Shown: one piece after another, positions 13,307-27,003 of the stretch
Layout of the letters: each line of letters opens with the position of its first letter
Position numbering within the stretch: the first letter of the stretch is position 1
Source: Chiloscyllium plagiosum
Lineage: Eukaryota
Assembly: GCF_004010195.1 (NCBI RefSeq)
Contig: NC_057748.1
Coordinates: 1,048,246-1,112,245, forward strand
Reading direction: 5' to 3'
DNA: 64,000 bases
Made by a program: the position numbers and the translations under genes
The notes under the pieces: generated by a model
Databases searched by the model: none
Told to the model about the DNA's origin: nothing
The model's input: the letters and a program-made list of their open reading frames with translations, nothing else

Positions 13307-13721
13307 NNNNNNNNNNNNNNNNNNNNNNNNNNNNNNNNNNNNNNNNNNNNNNNNNNNNNNNNNNNNNNNNNNNNNNNNNNNNNNNNNNNNNNNNNNNNNN
13401 NNNNNNNNNNNNNNNNNNNNNNNNNNNNNNNNNNNNNNNNNNNNNNNNNNNNNNNNNNNNNNNNNNNNNNNNNNNNNNNNNNNNNNNNNNNNNNNNNNNN
13501 NNNNNNNNNNNNNNNNNNNNNNNNNNNNNNNNNNNNNNNNNNNNNNNNNNNNNNNNNNNNNNNNNNNNNNNNNNNNNNNNNNNNNNNNNNNNNNNNNNNN
13601 NNNNNNNNNNNNNNNNNNNNNNNNNNNNNNNNNNNNNNNNNNNNNNNNNNNNNNNNNNNNNNNNNNNNNNNNNNNNNNNNNNNNNNNNNNNNNNNNNNNN
13701 NNNNNNNNNNNNNNNNNNNNN
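13307..13721. other. assembly gap
   Basis: Run of N. Confidence 1.
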
Positions 13722-14827
13722 CATGTTCCCAACCCCCATGCTCAAGAAATCACCCCCATCTCAAGGGACTGTCCCCCAATTCCTCCTCCCCTCCCGAGCC
13801 CGCCTCCACAGGACTGTCCTTTATCCGAGTAGTCCCCAGGGCATTCCCCTAGCACCTGGCCCCCAATGCTCATTGAATGGGATTGGGATCAGCCACTGCC
13901 ATCCGACCTCTTCCCACGCCAGTTGGTGAGACCTGACTCCAGGGGACCCAGGGAGGGCATTGGGAGCGTGGGATCCATCCTGAGCTCCCAGCCCTGGGGG
14001 AGAGGGGTACCTGCCTTAGACCCCCAGCTCTAAGTACAATCTTTGGGAAGCTCGGTTTGATAAAACAGTATTTTCTGACACCATCTCGGTCTGTCTGCAT
14101 CTCATTCTCTGTGAACATATGTTTACATTCCAGTCACTGCACGTTCACCGGGCAGTTTTAGCATGTTTTTTTTAAGTTTAGGGAAGGCAAGAGTTGATAC
14201 TGATGCACAATAAATTATTATTACTTGGCACAGAATGAATAGCTTCCTTTTGTGGCAGAGACAGATATAAATAAATACACGGATTGCAGGAAAAGCTCAG
14301 CAAGTCAGCGTTTGTGCAGAGAAATCACGGTTAACATTGCGGGTCCGGTGACCGTTCCTCAGAAAAGAGACATAGATTCTCGTTAAGCAAGGAGGTAAAA
14401 GATTTTGAGTGGAAAAGTAGGGTTGAGATTACAGTCAGATAAACCAGGACCTGTTAGGCGGAACAGGATCGAAGGGCCGAATGGTGTGCTCCTGTTCATA
14501 TCCATTTGTTACAGTAATGCAGAAGACAGAAGATATATAAAGTTACATTTTTATGGCGTCAGATTCCAGCTCTCAGGCCTTCGCATGTAAATAACTTCGG
14601 CTTTTACGGGCGATTCGCCAGATTTTACCGGCTCGTACTCAAGGTCGTGAGCAAGATATGCAGTTGTTTTTGGTTACAAGTGAAACTAAACGAGGTTTAA
14701 GACGGATAGAAAATCATGAAGTTACATTGGTGATCGCCCAACCCAACCTACAGTGATGTTACCAGCAGTGTTACCGTCTCCGTCCATTCCAATACAACTT
14801 GTTAACGCTTTCATTTCCCCCCAATAG

Positions 14828-14864
14828 CAACAGCCAAGTCCACAGCAATCTCACATAGAGCAAG
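14828..14864 (+). CDS. candidate small upstream exon of the CCDC96-like gene (QQPSPQQSHIEQ)
   Basis: Acceptor ttccccccaatag|; strong donor CAAG|gtgagt; ends in phase 1, compatible with the 16758 exon. No homology support. Confidence 0.35.
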
Positions 14865-15233
14865 GTGAGTCATTGTACTACCTTTAATTTTGCCTTGGTT
14901 AGCATTCTTACCGATTGGAAGCGATACTTTTCATAATAAAAGTGTGATTTGCAGCAAGTGCTACAGTGTAATTTATTCTTAATTTATTTGAAATGAAAAA
15001 CAAGTTGCTGTCATTTCCTTGGGGTTTCTGCTGATCGTTAACTTCGGTGGGTGATCGGATTAACGTTGTCAACAGTGGTGCAGCGTTTGTTTTACCGTTA
15101 CTTGTATATTCATTGTTGAGGATATTATTGTAACAAAGTTTGGAAAAAAATCCTCCACTGGTTTTAAGAGGATGTAACACTGTTTGGTAGCTTTGCTCTC
15201 CAGACTTTCTCCAAGAACAATCTTTCTGTGTGT

Positions 15234-16050
15234 NNNNNNNNNNNNNNNNNNNNNNNNNNNNNNNNNNNNNNNNNNNNNNNNNNNNNNNNNNNNNNNNNNN
15301 NNNNNNNNNNNNNNNNNNNNNNNNNNNNNNNNNNNNNNNNNNNNNNNNNNNNNNNNNNNNNNNNNNNNNNNNNNNNNNNNNNNNNNNNNNNNNNNNNNNN
15401 NNNNNNNNNNNNNNNNNNNNNNNNNNNNNNNNNNNNNNNNNNNNNNNNNNNNNNNNNNNNNNNNNNNNNNNNNNNNNNNNNNNNNNNNNNNNNNNNNNNN
15501 NNNNNNNNNNNNNNNNNNNNNNNNNNNNNNNNNNNNNNNNNNNNNNNNNNNNNNNNNNNNNNNNNNNNNNNNNNNNNNNNNNNNNNNNNNNNNNNNNNNN
15601 NNNNNNNNNNNNNNNNNNNNNNNNNNNNNNNNNNNNNNNNNNNNNNNNNNNNNNNNNNNNNNNNNNNNNNNNNNNNNNNNNNNNNNNNNNNNNNNNNNNN
15701 NNNNNNNNNNNNNNNNNNNNNNNNNNNNNNNNNNNNNNNNNNNNNNNNNNNNNNNNNNNNNNNNNNNNNNNNNNNNNNNNNNNNNNNNNNNNNNNNNNNN
15801 NNNNNNNNNNNNNNNNNNNNNNNNNNNNNNNNNNNNNNNNNNNNNNNNNNNNNNNNNNNNNNNNNNNNNNNNNNNNNNNNNNNNNNNNNNNNNNNNNNNN
15901 NNNNNNNNNNNNNNNNNNNNNNNNNNNNNNNNNNNNNNNNNNNNNNNNNNNNNNNNNNNNNNNNNNNNNNNNNNNNNNNNNNNNNNNNNNNNNNNNNNNN
16001 NNNNNNNNNNNNNNNNNNNNNNNNNNNNNNNNNNNNNNNNNNNNNNNNNN
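15234..16050. other. assembly gap flanked by (GT)n-rich sequence
   Basis: Run of N; tgtgtgt before it and a GT-rich tract at 16051-16170. Confidence 1.
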
Positions 16051-16757
16051 GTCTCTCTGAGTGTGTGATGTGTGTGCGGTGGTGACTGTGTGTGTGGGGG
16101 GGGGGGAGTGTCTCTGTGTGTTTGTCTCTCTGTGTGTGTCTGGGGGGTGTCTGTGTGTGTGTGTGTCTGGGGTGGGGTTGGGAGGAGGGAATAGGTGTCA
16201 CTCCCAGTTCGGAATCCCAGTCAGCGCAGTGCTGCCCTGCAAAGGTGTGTGCGCGGGGGTTTGACCATACCATACCGTTCTCGACCACGTAACACAGCTC
16301 CGATTGTTACGGGAATCCTGGTAGCGACGGATTCGGTGGAGCCCCTGCTCGTCCCATTGCTGTTGGGTCATTTACACTGAACAGGCAGAGGGGAGCTTGG
16401 CTTATTGTATTTCATCAGACAGCATCCAAAGCTCGATCAAGAGACGTCTAACCTTCCTGGCCGGTGCCTGCTCCTCTTAGTAACCAGCTGCACAAACATC
16501 AGGGCTAAGGGGCTGCCTGCCGTTCTCGGTCAATGAACCTGCAGGTATCCACACATTCCAACAACACAAACACTTCGGAAAGTAATTCACTGGCTGTGAA
16601 ATGTTGTGGAATTGTGAGAGGTGTGCTAGACCTGGTGTGATAGTGTTCTGTGTGGTGTGCGGTTTTTGAAAAGGCATCTCCTGTGAATAACCCCCTGAAA
16701 GGGTTGCTTCATACCTCAGTCAGAAAGGATGCAAACTGCAATATTTCTTTCTCCTAG

Positions 16758-16880
16758 TCCCAGCCGCCCTTATTGAAGAGGAAGATGAGGAGGGGGCTGC
16801 AGGAGACCCACCAGACCACACACCGACCACAGGCCCCAGTCTGAGCCAAATGGGAATTGAAACAGCAACACACGAACCAG
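16758..16880 (+). CDS. CCDC96: CCDC96-like acidic N-terminal exon (PAAPIEEEDEEGAAGDPP...HEP)
   Basis: Acceptor tttctcctag|; donor CCAG|gtgaaa; 123 nt, phase 1-1; open and acidic like the low-complexity CCDC96 N-terminus. Confidence 0.6.
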
Positions 16881-17280
16881 GTGAAAAGGGCACAGGGGCT
16901 TGCATGTGAATATTAGCTGTGTATGTTAACAGTGGCAAAGACTCCACTGAAAGCACCACTCCTCCCTCAAGCTCAAATCTGTTGTCACTCACTCATTTCA
17001 GAAACTTACTAGCATCTTTTTGAGTAAGTTTTGTTACTTTGTGTGCATCGACCAGCCTGAGAGTTTGAGGCTTGAGTGGAGTGAGTGCCAGGCAGAATGG
17101 GGCTGCCTGATTATAGACAGGGAGGTAGGCCTCACTAGCAGTCATGGAGCAATCCTTACTTCCATTGGATGTTCCAGTCAGTAATGGTGCCCTCGACCAG
17201 GGATAGCCCCGCTCCCTCATCATGGCGACTCTGTTCTGCTGAAAAGCACGTAATTGTTTCATTTCTCTACGCCATTGCAG

Positions 17281-17418
17281 GGATCAATCCTGGCACTCCT
17301 GCAGGAGAGGAGAAACTTTCTGAAGCTGTGCAAGAGAAGGAAACGGTCAGTGATGTGAAAGAAATAAACTTTCCTCCTCCCAGCGATGGAGCAAGCCCAG
17401 ACATTCAGGAACAGAAAG
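17281..17418 (+). CDS. CCDC96: CCDC96-like N-terminal exon (GINPGTPAGEEK...DIQEQK)
   Basis: Acceptor ccattgcag|; donor AAAG|gtgatg (weak; alternative ACG|gtcagt at 17345); phase 1-1. Confidence 0.55.
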
Positions 17419-18381
17419 GTGATGACATACCTGAAGAAATATTAAAGAGAAAAAGGGAACCAAGTAGCAATATAGATATGTTTGTCTGAATAAAGACAGA
17501 GAGCATTCAGAACCCCATCAGAGCATGGCAATGGCTGAGTGGTTGCTTTCTGCTGGTGACTTTTCCCTCCAAGTTTAGCTGTCAAACCAGCTAATGAAGG
17601 AGAATGTATTGACAGAATTCCCCTTTTCCACTTTGGATGCTGTTGATGTTCTCCTGTAAATCAGAGCGATTCCTGAGTTATAATAATGACTAAAGTGAAG
17701 GAATCTACTCGAAGATGTGCACAGGATAGGCGGAACAAAAAGGGCAGAAAGAGTAGAAATAATAGATACAGCATCTTGCATTCTCTACTGAAGGGACAAT
17801 CGGTTGTTTAAATTCAGAATAATGACCTGTTTGATTTTTTAAAAAGTTAATGAACAAAAAAAAATCTTACATTAGTGAAATGTCATAATTATAATAACTT
17901 TATAAAAAAAACCTATATTAAATCTTTAACTAAGTCTGCAATTCCAGGACCAGCTGCAAGGTCCATGCTGTCCGTTCTCTGGAATATTTTGAAGCCACCA
18001 GGCTGAAGGTGAAGGCCAAAGGCATGATCCCGGCCACCAGCAAGATTGAAAAAGACAACATAAACAGACCTAGAGAGCTATGATTAAAATATTAGCAAGG
18101 CTTGAATCTTCTAAACATGTATATTATGGGGGAAGGAGAGGCTAAGTGAGCTGAGGAACTCCGTAGTATTGAGATGCGTGGAGAGATGTTAGACTGGGAT
18201 GTAGAATGGTGGGTCTTGATTTCAATGTTGGAGACATCACAGAGAGGAGACAGAGAGCATGGTGTCAGGAGAGTAAGGGGCAAAATTGGTTGGACAAATT
18301 CTCCACAATATGATTTAATTATCTTTCAACTTGATTAATGTAAAAATAAAAATATTAATTGTGAGTCTTTTAATTCTGAAG

Positions 18382-18413
18382 GATTAACAACTGCTGAGCT
18401 GGAAATGACTGCT
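18382..18413 (+). CDS. CCDC96: CCDC96-like micro-exon (GLTTAELEMTA)
   Basis: Acceptor ttttaattctgaag|; donor GCT|gtgagt; 32 nt converts phase 1 to phase 0, as needed to join the 21113 exon. Confidence 0.5.
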
Positions 18414-19177
18414 GTGAGTATTTGCTCTTGCTTTTACAACATATTCAAACAGTGATAAGAAAACATATCATCTATAAACAAATTCTTATGCACATGTTTA
18501 TAATTACCTTGCCCATGATGATCTACCAGTCTATAATAATATTCGAGTGCCATTGTCTGCAACTCCTATCTCTTCAGTCAGTTGCCACCAGTTCGATCTC
18601 CCTAACCTCTGCAAGTTATGCCCTGCTGTTTCTGTATTTTTTGTCTGATATTCACTCCTGTATGAAATAAAATTCTCTCCAATTAAAAATTAAGAAGAAC
18701 AAAGCTATTGCCTTTAGTATCTGCCACAAATTGTGTTCCCCTTTTCTGGCCACTGTCTTTGTCTGAACCAGAACAACCTCAGGGACCCATTTGTCCCTGA
18801 CTGAACTGCTAAGCTGACAAGCCAATTCTCGACATGAAGAACTGCCTAATTCCACCTCCATAATACCACCCGTCTCAGTCGATCTCCTGCTGAGATCCTT
18901 ACCATTTCTTCTGCTAAAAGTAAAAATTTTAAAAAGTTGGAAATTCAGGAAATACTGAGCAGATCCATGGAGAGATGTTTCAGGTCATTGAATTTTCATC
19001 AGAACTGTTTTCGCACAATTTTCGTGATGAGATTCCCAACCTGTTTAGCCTTTGCTCATAAGACAATCCCTCCATATCAGGGATCATCCTGATGAACTTT
19101 CTCTGAACTGTCTCCAATGAAATAATATCATCCCTTAAGTAAGGGCATCAAACCTGCTTGCACGACTTCAGATGTTG

Positions 19178-19457
19178 TCTCAACCAGCATCTTGCTCAGT
19201 TGCAGTAAGACTTCCCTAGTCTTTCTTGAAGTAAGGGCCAACTGTGTGGAGTTTGCACCTTCTCCCCATGCCTGCATGGGTTTCCTGCAGGTGCTCCATT
19301 TCCTCCCACAGTTGAAAGATATGCAGGATAGGTGGATTGGCATGGGAGGTGCAGGGTTGCACGTATAGGATAGAAGGAAGGAGTGGATCTGGTTGGGATG
19401 CTCTTCGGAGGGTTGGTGTGGACTCGATGGGTTGCTTCCACACTGTTGTGATTCTAT
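19178..19457 (+). mobile_element. partial V-SINE within old CR1 debris (about 18990-20100)
   Basis: tgtgtggagtttgcaccttctcccc...ttcctcccacag core shared with the SINEs at 28681 and 52290. Confidence 0.65.
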
Positions 19458-21112
19458 GATTCCACTAACCCTCCTGATTACCTGCTGCACCTGTGTGTTC
19501 ATTTTCTTCGTTTTGTGCACAGTACCCTCAAGTCCCTTTGTGTTGCAGCTTTCTACAGTTTCTCTCCATTTAAGTAATACCTTGTTCTTTTGTTCTCCCC
19601 CCCAAAATGAGCAAGTTCATATTTTCCCACCTTTTATCTATTTGACAACTTTTTGCCCACTTACTCAACCTATCAAAATGTCTTTGTTAACTGTATCCCT
19701 CTTGCAACCTGACCTTCTACCTATTTTTGAGTATTCTGCAAATTAGCTCAGTACAATCAGTTCGTTCTTCCAAGCCATGAATATATATTGCAGACTGTTG
19801 TGGATCCAGCACTGATCCCTGTGGAACCCTACTGGTCACAGGTCACCAACCTGAAAAAAGAACCTCTTAGCCCCACTTGCTGTTTTCTGCCCACGAGCCT
19901 ATTCGCTATTAATGCGGATATGATTCCTCCAACACTTGGGCTCTTATGACTTAACCTTTTGTGAGGTACCTTGTCGAATGCCTTCTAGAATTCCAAATGC
20001 AACACATCTACTGTTCCCCTCTACCCAGTCTAGTCAGGACTTTGTCAGATGCGACACATGCTGGCAGTACATAATTAGGTTATGATTTTCCAAATGTTCT
20101 ACAATTACTTCTTTAATAATTGGTTCCAGTACTATTCCAACAATCCTGTTTACCCAACACCCCTGATCACTGGCCCGACAAGGCTTCCATATTTTAACTT
20201 CTCATCCTTGTGTTCACATCCCTCCACGACATTACCCTCTGTACCTCTCTAATCTCCCCCAAGTCTATAACTTCTGAAATTGCTAACAATGCCTCACTTC
20301 ATTTGTGAGGCAATTAGTGGACATGTATTCACACTTCTTGGTCTTAAGTTCTGCAATTGCCCCTCTAAGCTTCCCTGTCTCCCACTTCCTCATATCTTTT
20401 AAAATGCATTGTAAAGTTTATTGCTTTGCCTAATCATTGAGACTCACTACATCGTTGATTGACACCACATCAACAAGCATCTACTGCCTCCACCAACAAT
20501 ATTTCTTTCTTAGTTCAGTTGCCTGAGATTCCAGAATTTAAATTGGTCTTTAAGAGATCCTGCTCCAAAATTCTATTTGTCTGAAATCTGCAAACTGGTT
20601 GCTTTGAACATAGTTGCATCGTTAAAGCTATTATTGGTTTTAGTTACCAATGCATAGGCAGTGGCCATTGGTTTGCTAATAACTAACTTTACTATTGAAA
20701 GTCTGCCTGACAGACACAACACTGCCACTGGTGGGAATGCATCCCTTCAGTTTAATAACTGTGCATGGCTGTAGAAATTAACCCCAAGGTTAAACACCCA
20801 AAAAATGCTGTATGAACAAAATAGGCAATAGTTCAATAATATGTAAACTCCAAAAATCAGTATTCAAATGTGGTTGCTATGTATGTGCCAAGTATGAACA
20901 CTATGCTAACATTACTAAAATAAAATGTCAATTTTTATATAAAATGCCCTAAGATGGTCATTGGTCATTATTATACTGGATTGGAGGAAGCCTGATATTC
21001 ACTCCAATTCACACGCTGCAAAAGCATCTTTCAAATTCAGATTTCAACCCTGCTACCATTTCAATCAGTCTGATACACATTGTTTCACTCAACCTTTTCT
21101 ATCATTAACTAG

Positions 21113-21299
21113 CCTGAAGAAACAAAAGAAATGGAGAAGACCACATCACCTTTGCCCACTAGTATGACTTTTTCAGAAGGGGAAAAGGAAGAACCACTGA
21201 CTATAATCGGTGAAGATTTAGCACGTGATGATGATCCTGCAAAAGAGGAATTTTCAAATGGTCCACCAATCTTAGAACTTGGAACACCAGAGAGACAAG
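21113..21299 (+). CDS. CCDC96: CCDC96-like exon (PEETKEMEKTTSP...GTPERQ)
   Basis: Acceptor cattaactag|; donor CAAG|gtatga; phase 0-1; acidic. Confidence 0.65.
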
Positions 21300-22121
21300 G
21301 TATGATTACATGGCAGAGGATGGTACTCTGAAAATTACATCAGTGCAAAGGTATGTCATACATTTGGATCAGATGGTAAGGTTATCATGAAAACCAGAAC
21401 CACAATGATTGAATGGCATTAAGTTAAGGAAGGAAGGTACAGCTTGCAATGAATCGTGAAGGATAGAGGATAATGTCTTGCACCTGGATGAAAATATCAA
21501 CTTGTATTTAGAAGCACTATGGATATTGGGAAGAAATCAAGAGCAAGCCATGATTAATTTATTGGGAGCTATAACTTAGGAAAAAATTGCTGCCACAGTG
21601 ATTTATTAAAAATGGATATTCTACCCATTAGCAGGTTTGAATGTAGGACCAGCAATAGGAGAATGATTTCAGGCACTTGGGTTTTTAATAATCCCATAGT
21701 GGATTTTCCTAGTTCTTTGTCTGGTGTAGCGTAGTACACAAGAATGTCAGGCAGTAAGAAGCTCAAACACGTATGGGAGCTTATCTGAGATTTCATCCAT
21801 CTAAATTAATAAGCACACATTGGTTGGGTTCCCTTACTGGCATAGATTGCTCCCTGATGAGGTGTTGTGTACAAACAAATGAAGCTGAATACAGGATCAG
21901 GAGAATTCATCATCCCATTTTGCTGAGCTTTGTAAGTTTGTCACTCATCTCCTCCACACTTGTTGAAGCTCTCCAGAAAAGAGTCTGACTTTATTTTACA
22001 AATCAGAACAAATGTTTCTACTGCTATTGCAAGGAACACACATTAGAATTCAAAAGAATTCTGATCAGATGCCATGACAGAAAATATATAATTTTAAAGG
22101 GTGTCTTTCATCTTCTGTTAG

Positions 22122-22210
22122 CGACACCCATCAATGAAGAAAAGATTGACGATGAGGTTGAAGATGAACAAGCAACTTTTGAACGAATGGAGATGGAATA
22201 CAAATATCAA
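22122..22210 (+). CDS. CCDC96: CCDC96-like exon (ATPINEEKIDDEVEDEQATFERMEMEYKYQ)
   Basis: Acceptor tcttctgttag|; donor CAA|gtaagt; phase 1-0. Confidence 0.8.
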
Positions 22211-22534
22211 GTAAGTCCTTTTGTTTTTTGATTTGTTTTTCTCTTCTATTTACATTATTTCCCAGTCTTTTACTCTCTCAGTAGTTTGTTAGGTTCCCTA
22301 TTTCACTCTCTCTTTATTTTAAACAACCTCTACTGTAGGGTAGTTGTGTGCGTACAAGTTAACTGGAGCATTGTGAGTCACCATGGGTTTAAGTCCCAGT
22401 TCCTTCTTGAAGTAATGTTAGAGAATCAGCTGGCATACATTTCCAAATGCTCACTATTCTCTTTGCCTAGGAAAATGAAAATGCCTAAAGTTCAGTCTAT
22501 TCTTATTCTTACCTTGGTTATCTATAAATAGTGA

Positions 22535-22820
22535 TGGAAATGTGTTGCTGGAGAAGCGCAGCAGGTCAGGCAGCATCTAGGGAACAGGAGAAGGGGAAAT
22601 GAGGAAACTGGTGAAATCTGAGTTCATCCCTTGTGGTTGGAGGGTTCCTAGGCGGATGATGAGGCGTTCTTCCTCCAACCGTTGTTTCGCTGTGGTCTGA
22701 CGATGGAGGGGTCCAAAGACCTGCATATCCTTGGTGGAGTGGGAGGGGGAATTGAAATGTTGAGCTACAGGGTGGTTGGGTTGGTTGGTCCGGGTGTCCC
22801 AGAGGTGTTCTCTGAAACGC
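22535..22820 (-). mobile_element. Penelope-like fragment (GIY-YIG C-terminus and pLTR tail)
   Basis: Reverse strand reads FREHL...HPVAQHFNSPSHS...LEEERLIIRLGTLQPQGMN, followed by the same pLTR tail as at 11750-11800. Confidence 0.75.
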
Positions 22821-22916
22821 GGTGTCCCAGAGGTGTTCTCTGGTTGTTATGAAACAGATTCAACTGTACAAAATGCAAAGCTGATTAAAATCCTTGTTCC
22901 TCCCATTGTTGCTCAG

Positions 22917-23070
22917 GCATTATTTGTGGAACGGCAGACATTGAGGAACCATAATAACCAAATACAGAATAAGTTAGCAGATTACTACCGAAAGAAGATG
23001 ACAGAGGAATCAAAGGCCGAGTTAAAGAAAGCCCATTCAGACTATGAGCAACGATATGTGAAGTTCATGG
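22917..23070 (+). CDS. CCDC96: CCDC96-like exon (ALFVERQTLRNHNNQIQNKLADYYRKK...EQRYVKFM)
   Basis: Acceptor gttgctcag|; donor ATGG|gtaagg; phase 0-1; coiled-coil sequence. Confidence 0.88.
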
Positions 23071-24630
23071 GTAAGGGAGATTGAGGTGTGAAGAGCATAT
23101 CTGACATCATGTCAATTCTAGAAACGAATATAAATCCAATATTTGCAGAGAAGACTAAATTAATAGAGTATTTGTTCCCAAACAATAGATAACCTAGAGT
23201 GCTGTCATTAAAGCTAGTCAGTGAGATTGAACTGTGCATGCACAGTTGCTTTGGTGAACTATCTATATGGTGAAGTGTAGCTTGTAGTTTAAAAATTGCA
23301 TAGTTTTGATACACTTTTAAACATTAATTTGCTTTTAAACAGAAGCAAACCCCAAGTTGTCTTTACTGCAATTTCTCTGAAAATGTCATGGATTTTAATG
23401 TTAAAGATTTCATGTAAAATATGGTCAGACTGATTTCAGCAGAATGTGCAAGTAGCTGTCTCCCAGAATAGCCTGATGTCGTAAAATTAAGGGCAAGGTG
23501 CAGAAATTGGGCATGTGCAGGACAAATAGGGCAGCCTCTTAATTGAGTTGGGAAATAAGAGTAAAGTACAGAATGCCCATAAAACACGATTGGTACAAAA
23601 TTCTAAACATGGTCCACACTTCAAAAGATACTTTCAAGGGCTCGCCCCAAATGTATTTCATTGCTTTAGCCCTGGTGACCTTAATTACACTTACCTATGA
23701 TCCACAAGGTGTTTGTGCTTTAAAATTAGGGATCACCCTTTCAGGTTTCAGAATCCTGGTCCGCATGGATGAGTTGGACCAAAGGGCCTGTTTTCATGCT
23801 GTATACCTCTATGATAGATGAGAAGAAGTTTTTCTCTGAGGATTGTATGACTTTGGAACCCTTTGCTTTAGATGGCAATGGAGATGGGTTTTTGAATATT
23901 TTTAAAGTAGATGTGGGTAGATTCTTGTTAGACTAAGGAATCAGGGCTTATTGGGTTAAATGGGAATATGGACTTTGAAACACAGATGTGCAGGCATAAC
24001 CTTATTGACCGACAGAGCAGGTGTGAGGGTTCTGATAGCATGTATTGAGTATATGGTACTCCACATTGTGCCAAAATGAAACTATCTTGCGATGCTTCAG
24101 AATGCCAAAAGTAACCAGCTGAACATGAACAGGAAGTTGGTCACATACACAGCCTTAACCTAAAAATCCAAGAACCAACTGATGTGCTAGGTAAGGGCAT
24201 GTCTATGGGTGTTATTTATATGGACCTTTTGAAGGCATTCAATAAGACATTCACATCAGAGAGTTATACTCAAGTTAAACAGTCCTAACAATGACTGCAC
24301 TTCCTTTCAATTATCCCATCCCACCTAAGTCCACATCTTATTTAAACCTTTCAGTAAGCAGCTGTTTCTTAACAAAGGTCATGTTCAGTCAAGACCATGT
24401 TCAGCTGGTTACTTTTGGCATTCTGAAGCATCGCAGGGTAGTTTCATTTTGGCACCAAAAACCAAAGGGTGCAATAATAACTGGGCTGCAGGAACAGGTA
24501 GACCCGGTGGTGTAAGTTTATAGATCTGTGGAGATGGCATAACAAGTTATGATGGCTGTTAAATAGCACCAAGGAGTTAGTGAAGAGCCTGAATGAATGA
24601 TACTAATTGAAGTTTGCTTGTTGGGCACAG

Positions 24631-24824
24631 ATTCTCTGGCTAAATTGCAGGCCATGTATAGAGAGGAGGTTGAATCCTACCAGGAACAGATCGCTGATCT
24701 CTCTGCTCAATGTGAGGAGAAGCAGCAGCTGACAGAATATGCATGGAGAATGTTTACGTCTAGGAAGAGATCTGTGGCAAAGACCATAATAAACAAACGG
24801 CCGGGGAGACATGCAGCATTACTG
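24631..24824 (+). CDS. CCDC96: CCDC96-like exon (DSLAKLQAMY...GRHAALL)
   Basis: Acceptor ggcacag|; donor CTG|gtaggt; phase 1-0. Confidence 0.88.
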
Positions 24825-26790
24825 GTAGGTCAACTTTTTTTTCTAGTGAGTAAAACAAAGAACTGTGGATGCTGAAGATCTGAAACAAAATCAGAACATG
24901 CTGGAGAAACTCAGCAGGACTCAAAACGTTGCGCTGCTTTCTCTCTCCACAGATGCTGCCAAACCAGATGAATTGCTGGTTTGCTGGAAAAACTCAGCTG
25001 GTTTGGCAGCATCTGTGGAGAGAGAAAGCAGAGTCAATGTTTCAAGTCCTGCTGACTTTCTGCAGAAATTTATATGAGTAGTTTGCAGGAGTGATATTGC
25101 TTTTTAAATAGAAATTGGACAAATTCTCAGCTGCTTGCAAATATCATCTTATGCACCTATCCTTTCCTCTTCCCACCATTCCCAACTAGACAACTTCTTA
25201 AGGACCAGCTAAGATGGCTTCTTACATAAAAGCTCCATGTAATAAAATCAATGTTTCAATTCCAGTGTGTCTTTTCAAATTCAGAAAGTCAGATGAAGGG
25301 ACAAGGTGTGTGATAAAGGACATCACCGAGGTTGAAGAGAGAAACCAAGATACATTAAAAGTGGTATTAATTTGGCTGATGGCTGAGGTTTTAAACATTC
25401 CATGGATGAAGGGAGAACCTAAAGATGATATGAGGCTCCACTGGTAGTCACAAGTCGGACTAGGCCTCACCTGGGCCTTCATTGTGTGGCAGTCTTTGTA
25501 CCTGCATTAACTTAAATGATTATTTAAGTAGAAAAATGCATAGAATTATGGGGAAAAGGCAGTAGATTGGCACCAATCCAGAGAACTGGTGCAGACACAG
25601 TGGGCTGATGACATTCTGTGAATTAGACAAGAAAAACTGGCAAATGCCTTATGGGAGTGCGCTGCTCAGATATGCACCCAAACCTGAACCTCACTCAAAT
25701 TCCCTAGCAGTATGCTGTAATTTGAATCATATATTCACCTTCTCATTGGGATTAGTCTTTTGCTTACCATCCAAGCTGCCCAGTCTGGCAGTTAAGACTG
25801 AATGAATGAGCACATGTGTCTGTACTGACTCTGTGAATTTGTGAAAAGCTATAAAAGCTGCTGCCTCATTTGTTTTTTCTGATCACTCCCTTCTGATCAT
25901 GTACAAATGAGTGTGCCCAATTAGATGGTATACTCCATTCTTACCAAATCAAATTTGAATGCAGTGACAAGTCGGAGAGTGTAGTTGGAACTTAGTAGGA
26001 ATAAGACTATAGCAGTGCAGAGAAGTTGGAAAAAGACAGGAACTATTGAGATAAAGATAGAATGGAGACAAGACATGAGAGAACAAGGCTTTCTTTGAAT
26101 GTTATCATTGTTACTGAAGATGGTCCTGGTTATGGGTCAATATATTATTTAATGCCACCATTTAAGCTGTCTTCAAGGGGAGCAGAATCCAAACTCTAAA
26201 ATAGGAACCTGCATTCCCTTACCTGATGCCCACATGGATGTGAGTTTCTGTGAGGGGCAGTAGGTCATGGAATCTCCCTTACTTGGTCTTCCACTGAATA
26301 AACCTATTAGAGAATTGACTGTTCTTGTTGAGGGACAAATTCAACTCCACTATTTTCATTTGGGAAAACTCCAAGGGTATTCACTGGTAATTTTACAATC
26401 TCGAGGGAGTTGCAGAATAATGGGAAGCTATTTCAATTAGCTTCCCATTTGTTCACTTGCAACCTTCAACCAAGAAAGTAGAATAATGAGACCTAGACTC
26501 TTTGACATGGTCTCAAGCTGATCCTGGAACTAGAAGCTGCAAAATTTCAAAATTTAGTCATTAATCTTCAAAATTGATTGGGATCTCTTTGCCAGGATAC
26601 TTTTTCTTTTGTTAATATTATGCTTATCAGCTGAGAATGAGGCAGTCTCTATTGTAGACTCCGCTGTCAGTATCAAACACTCTAAGCTCAAACAATACAT
26701 GACTGAGAGCAAAGCTTCAATTCTCCCCCCACACCAATATTCATTCATTGTAAACTCATAAAAAGTAACTAACACCATTTGTGTCTGTAG

Positions 26791-27003
26791 GAATTGGAAC
26801 GCATTCAGAATATTGAGGAGCAGAAAGAGAAGGAGATGAGGCAAATTCGATTCCTAACTATCAAGATGAAGAATAAACTGAAGTATTATGAGTATCAGCT
26901 GAAGGCGAAGGAGGAGCTGGCAGGTGGATTAAACCTGATTGACTACGAGCAGCTAAAAATCGAGAACCAGTCTTATGGGGAGAAAATTGAGGAGCGCAAT
27001 GAG
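26791..27003 (+). CDS. CCDC96: CCDC96-like exon, DUF4201 region (ELERIQ...EELAGGLNLIDYEQLKIENQSYGEKIEERNE)
   Basis: Acceptor gtctgtag|; donor GAG|gtaagg; LIDyEQLKIENQxxxEKIEERNE is the CCDC96/CCDC113 hallmark. Confidence 0.93.

Noticed and set aside
13104-16288. Long ORFs spanning X runs
   Set aside because: Artefacts of translating assembly gaps.
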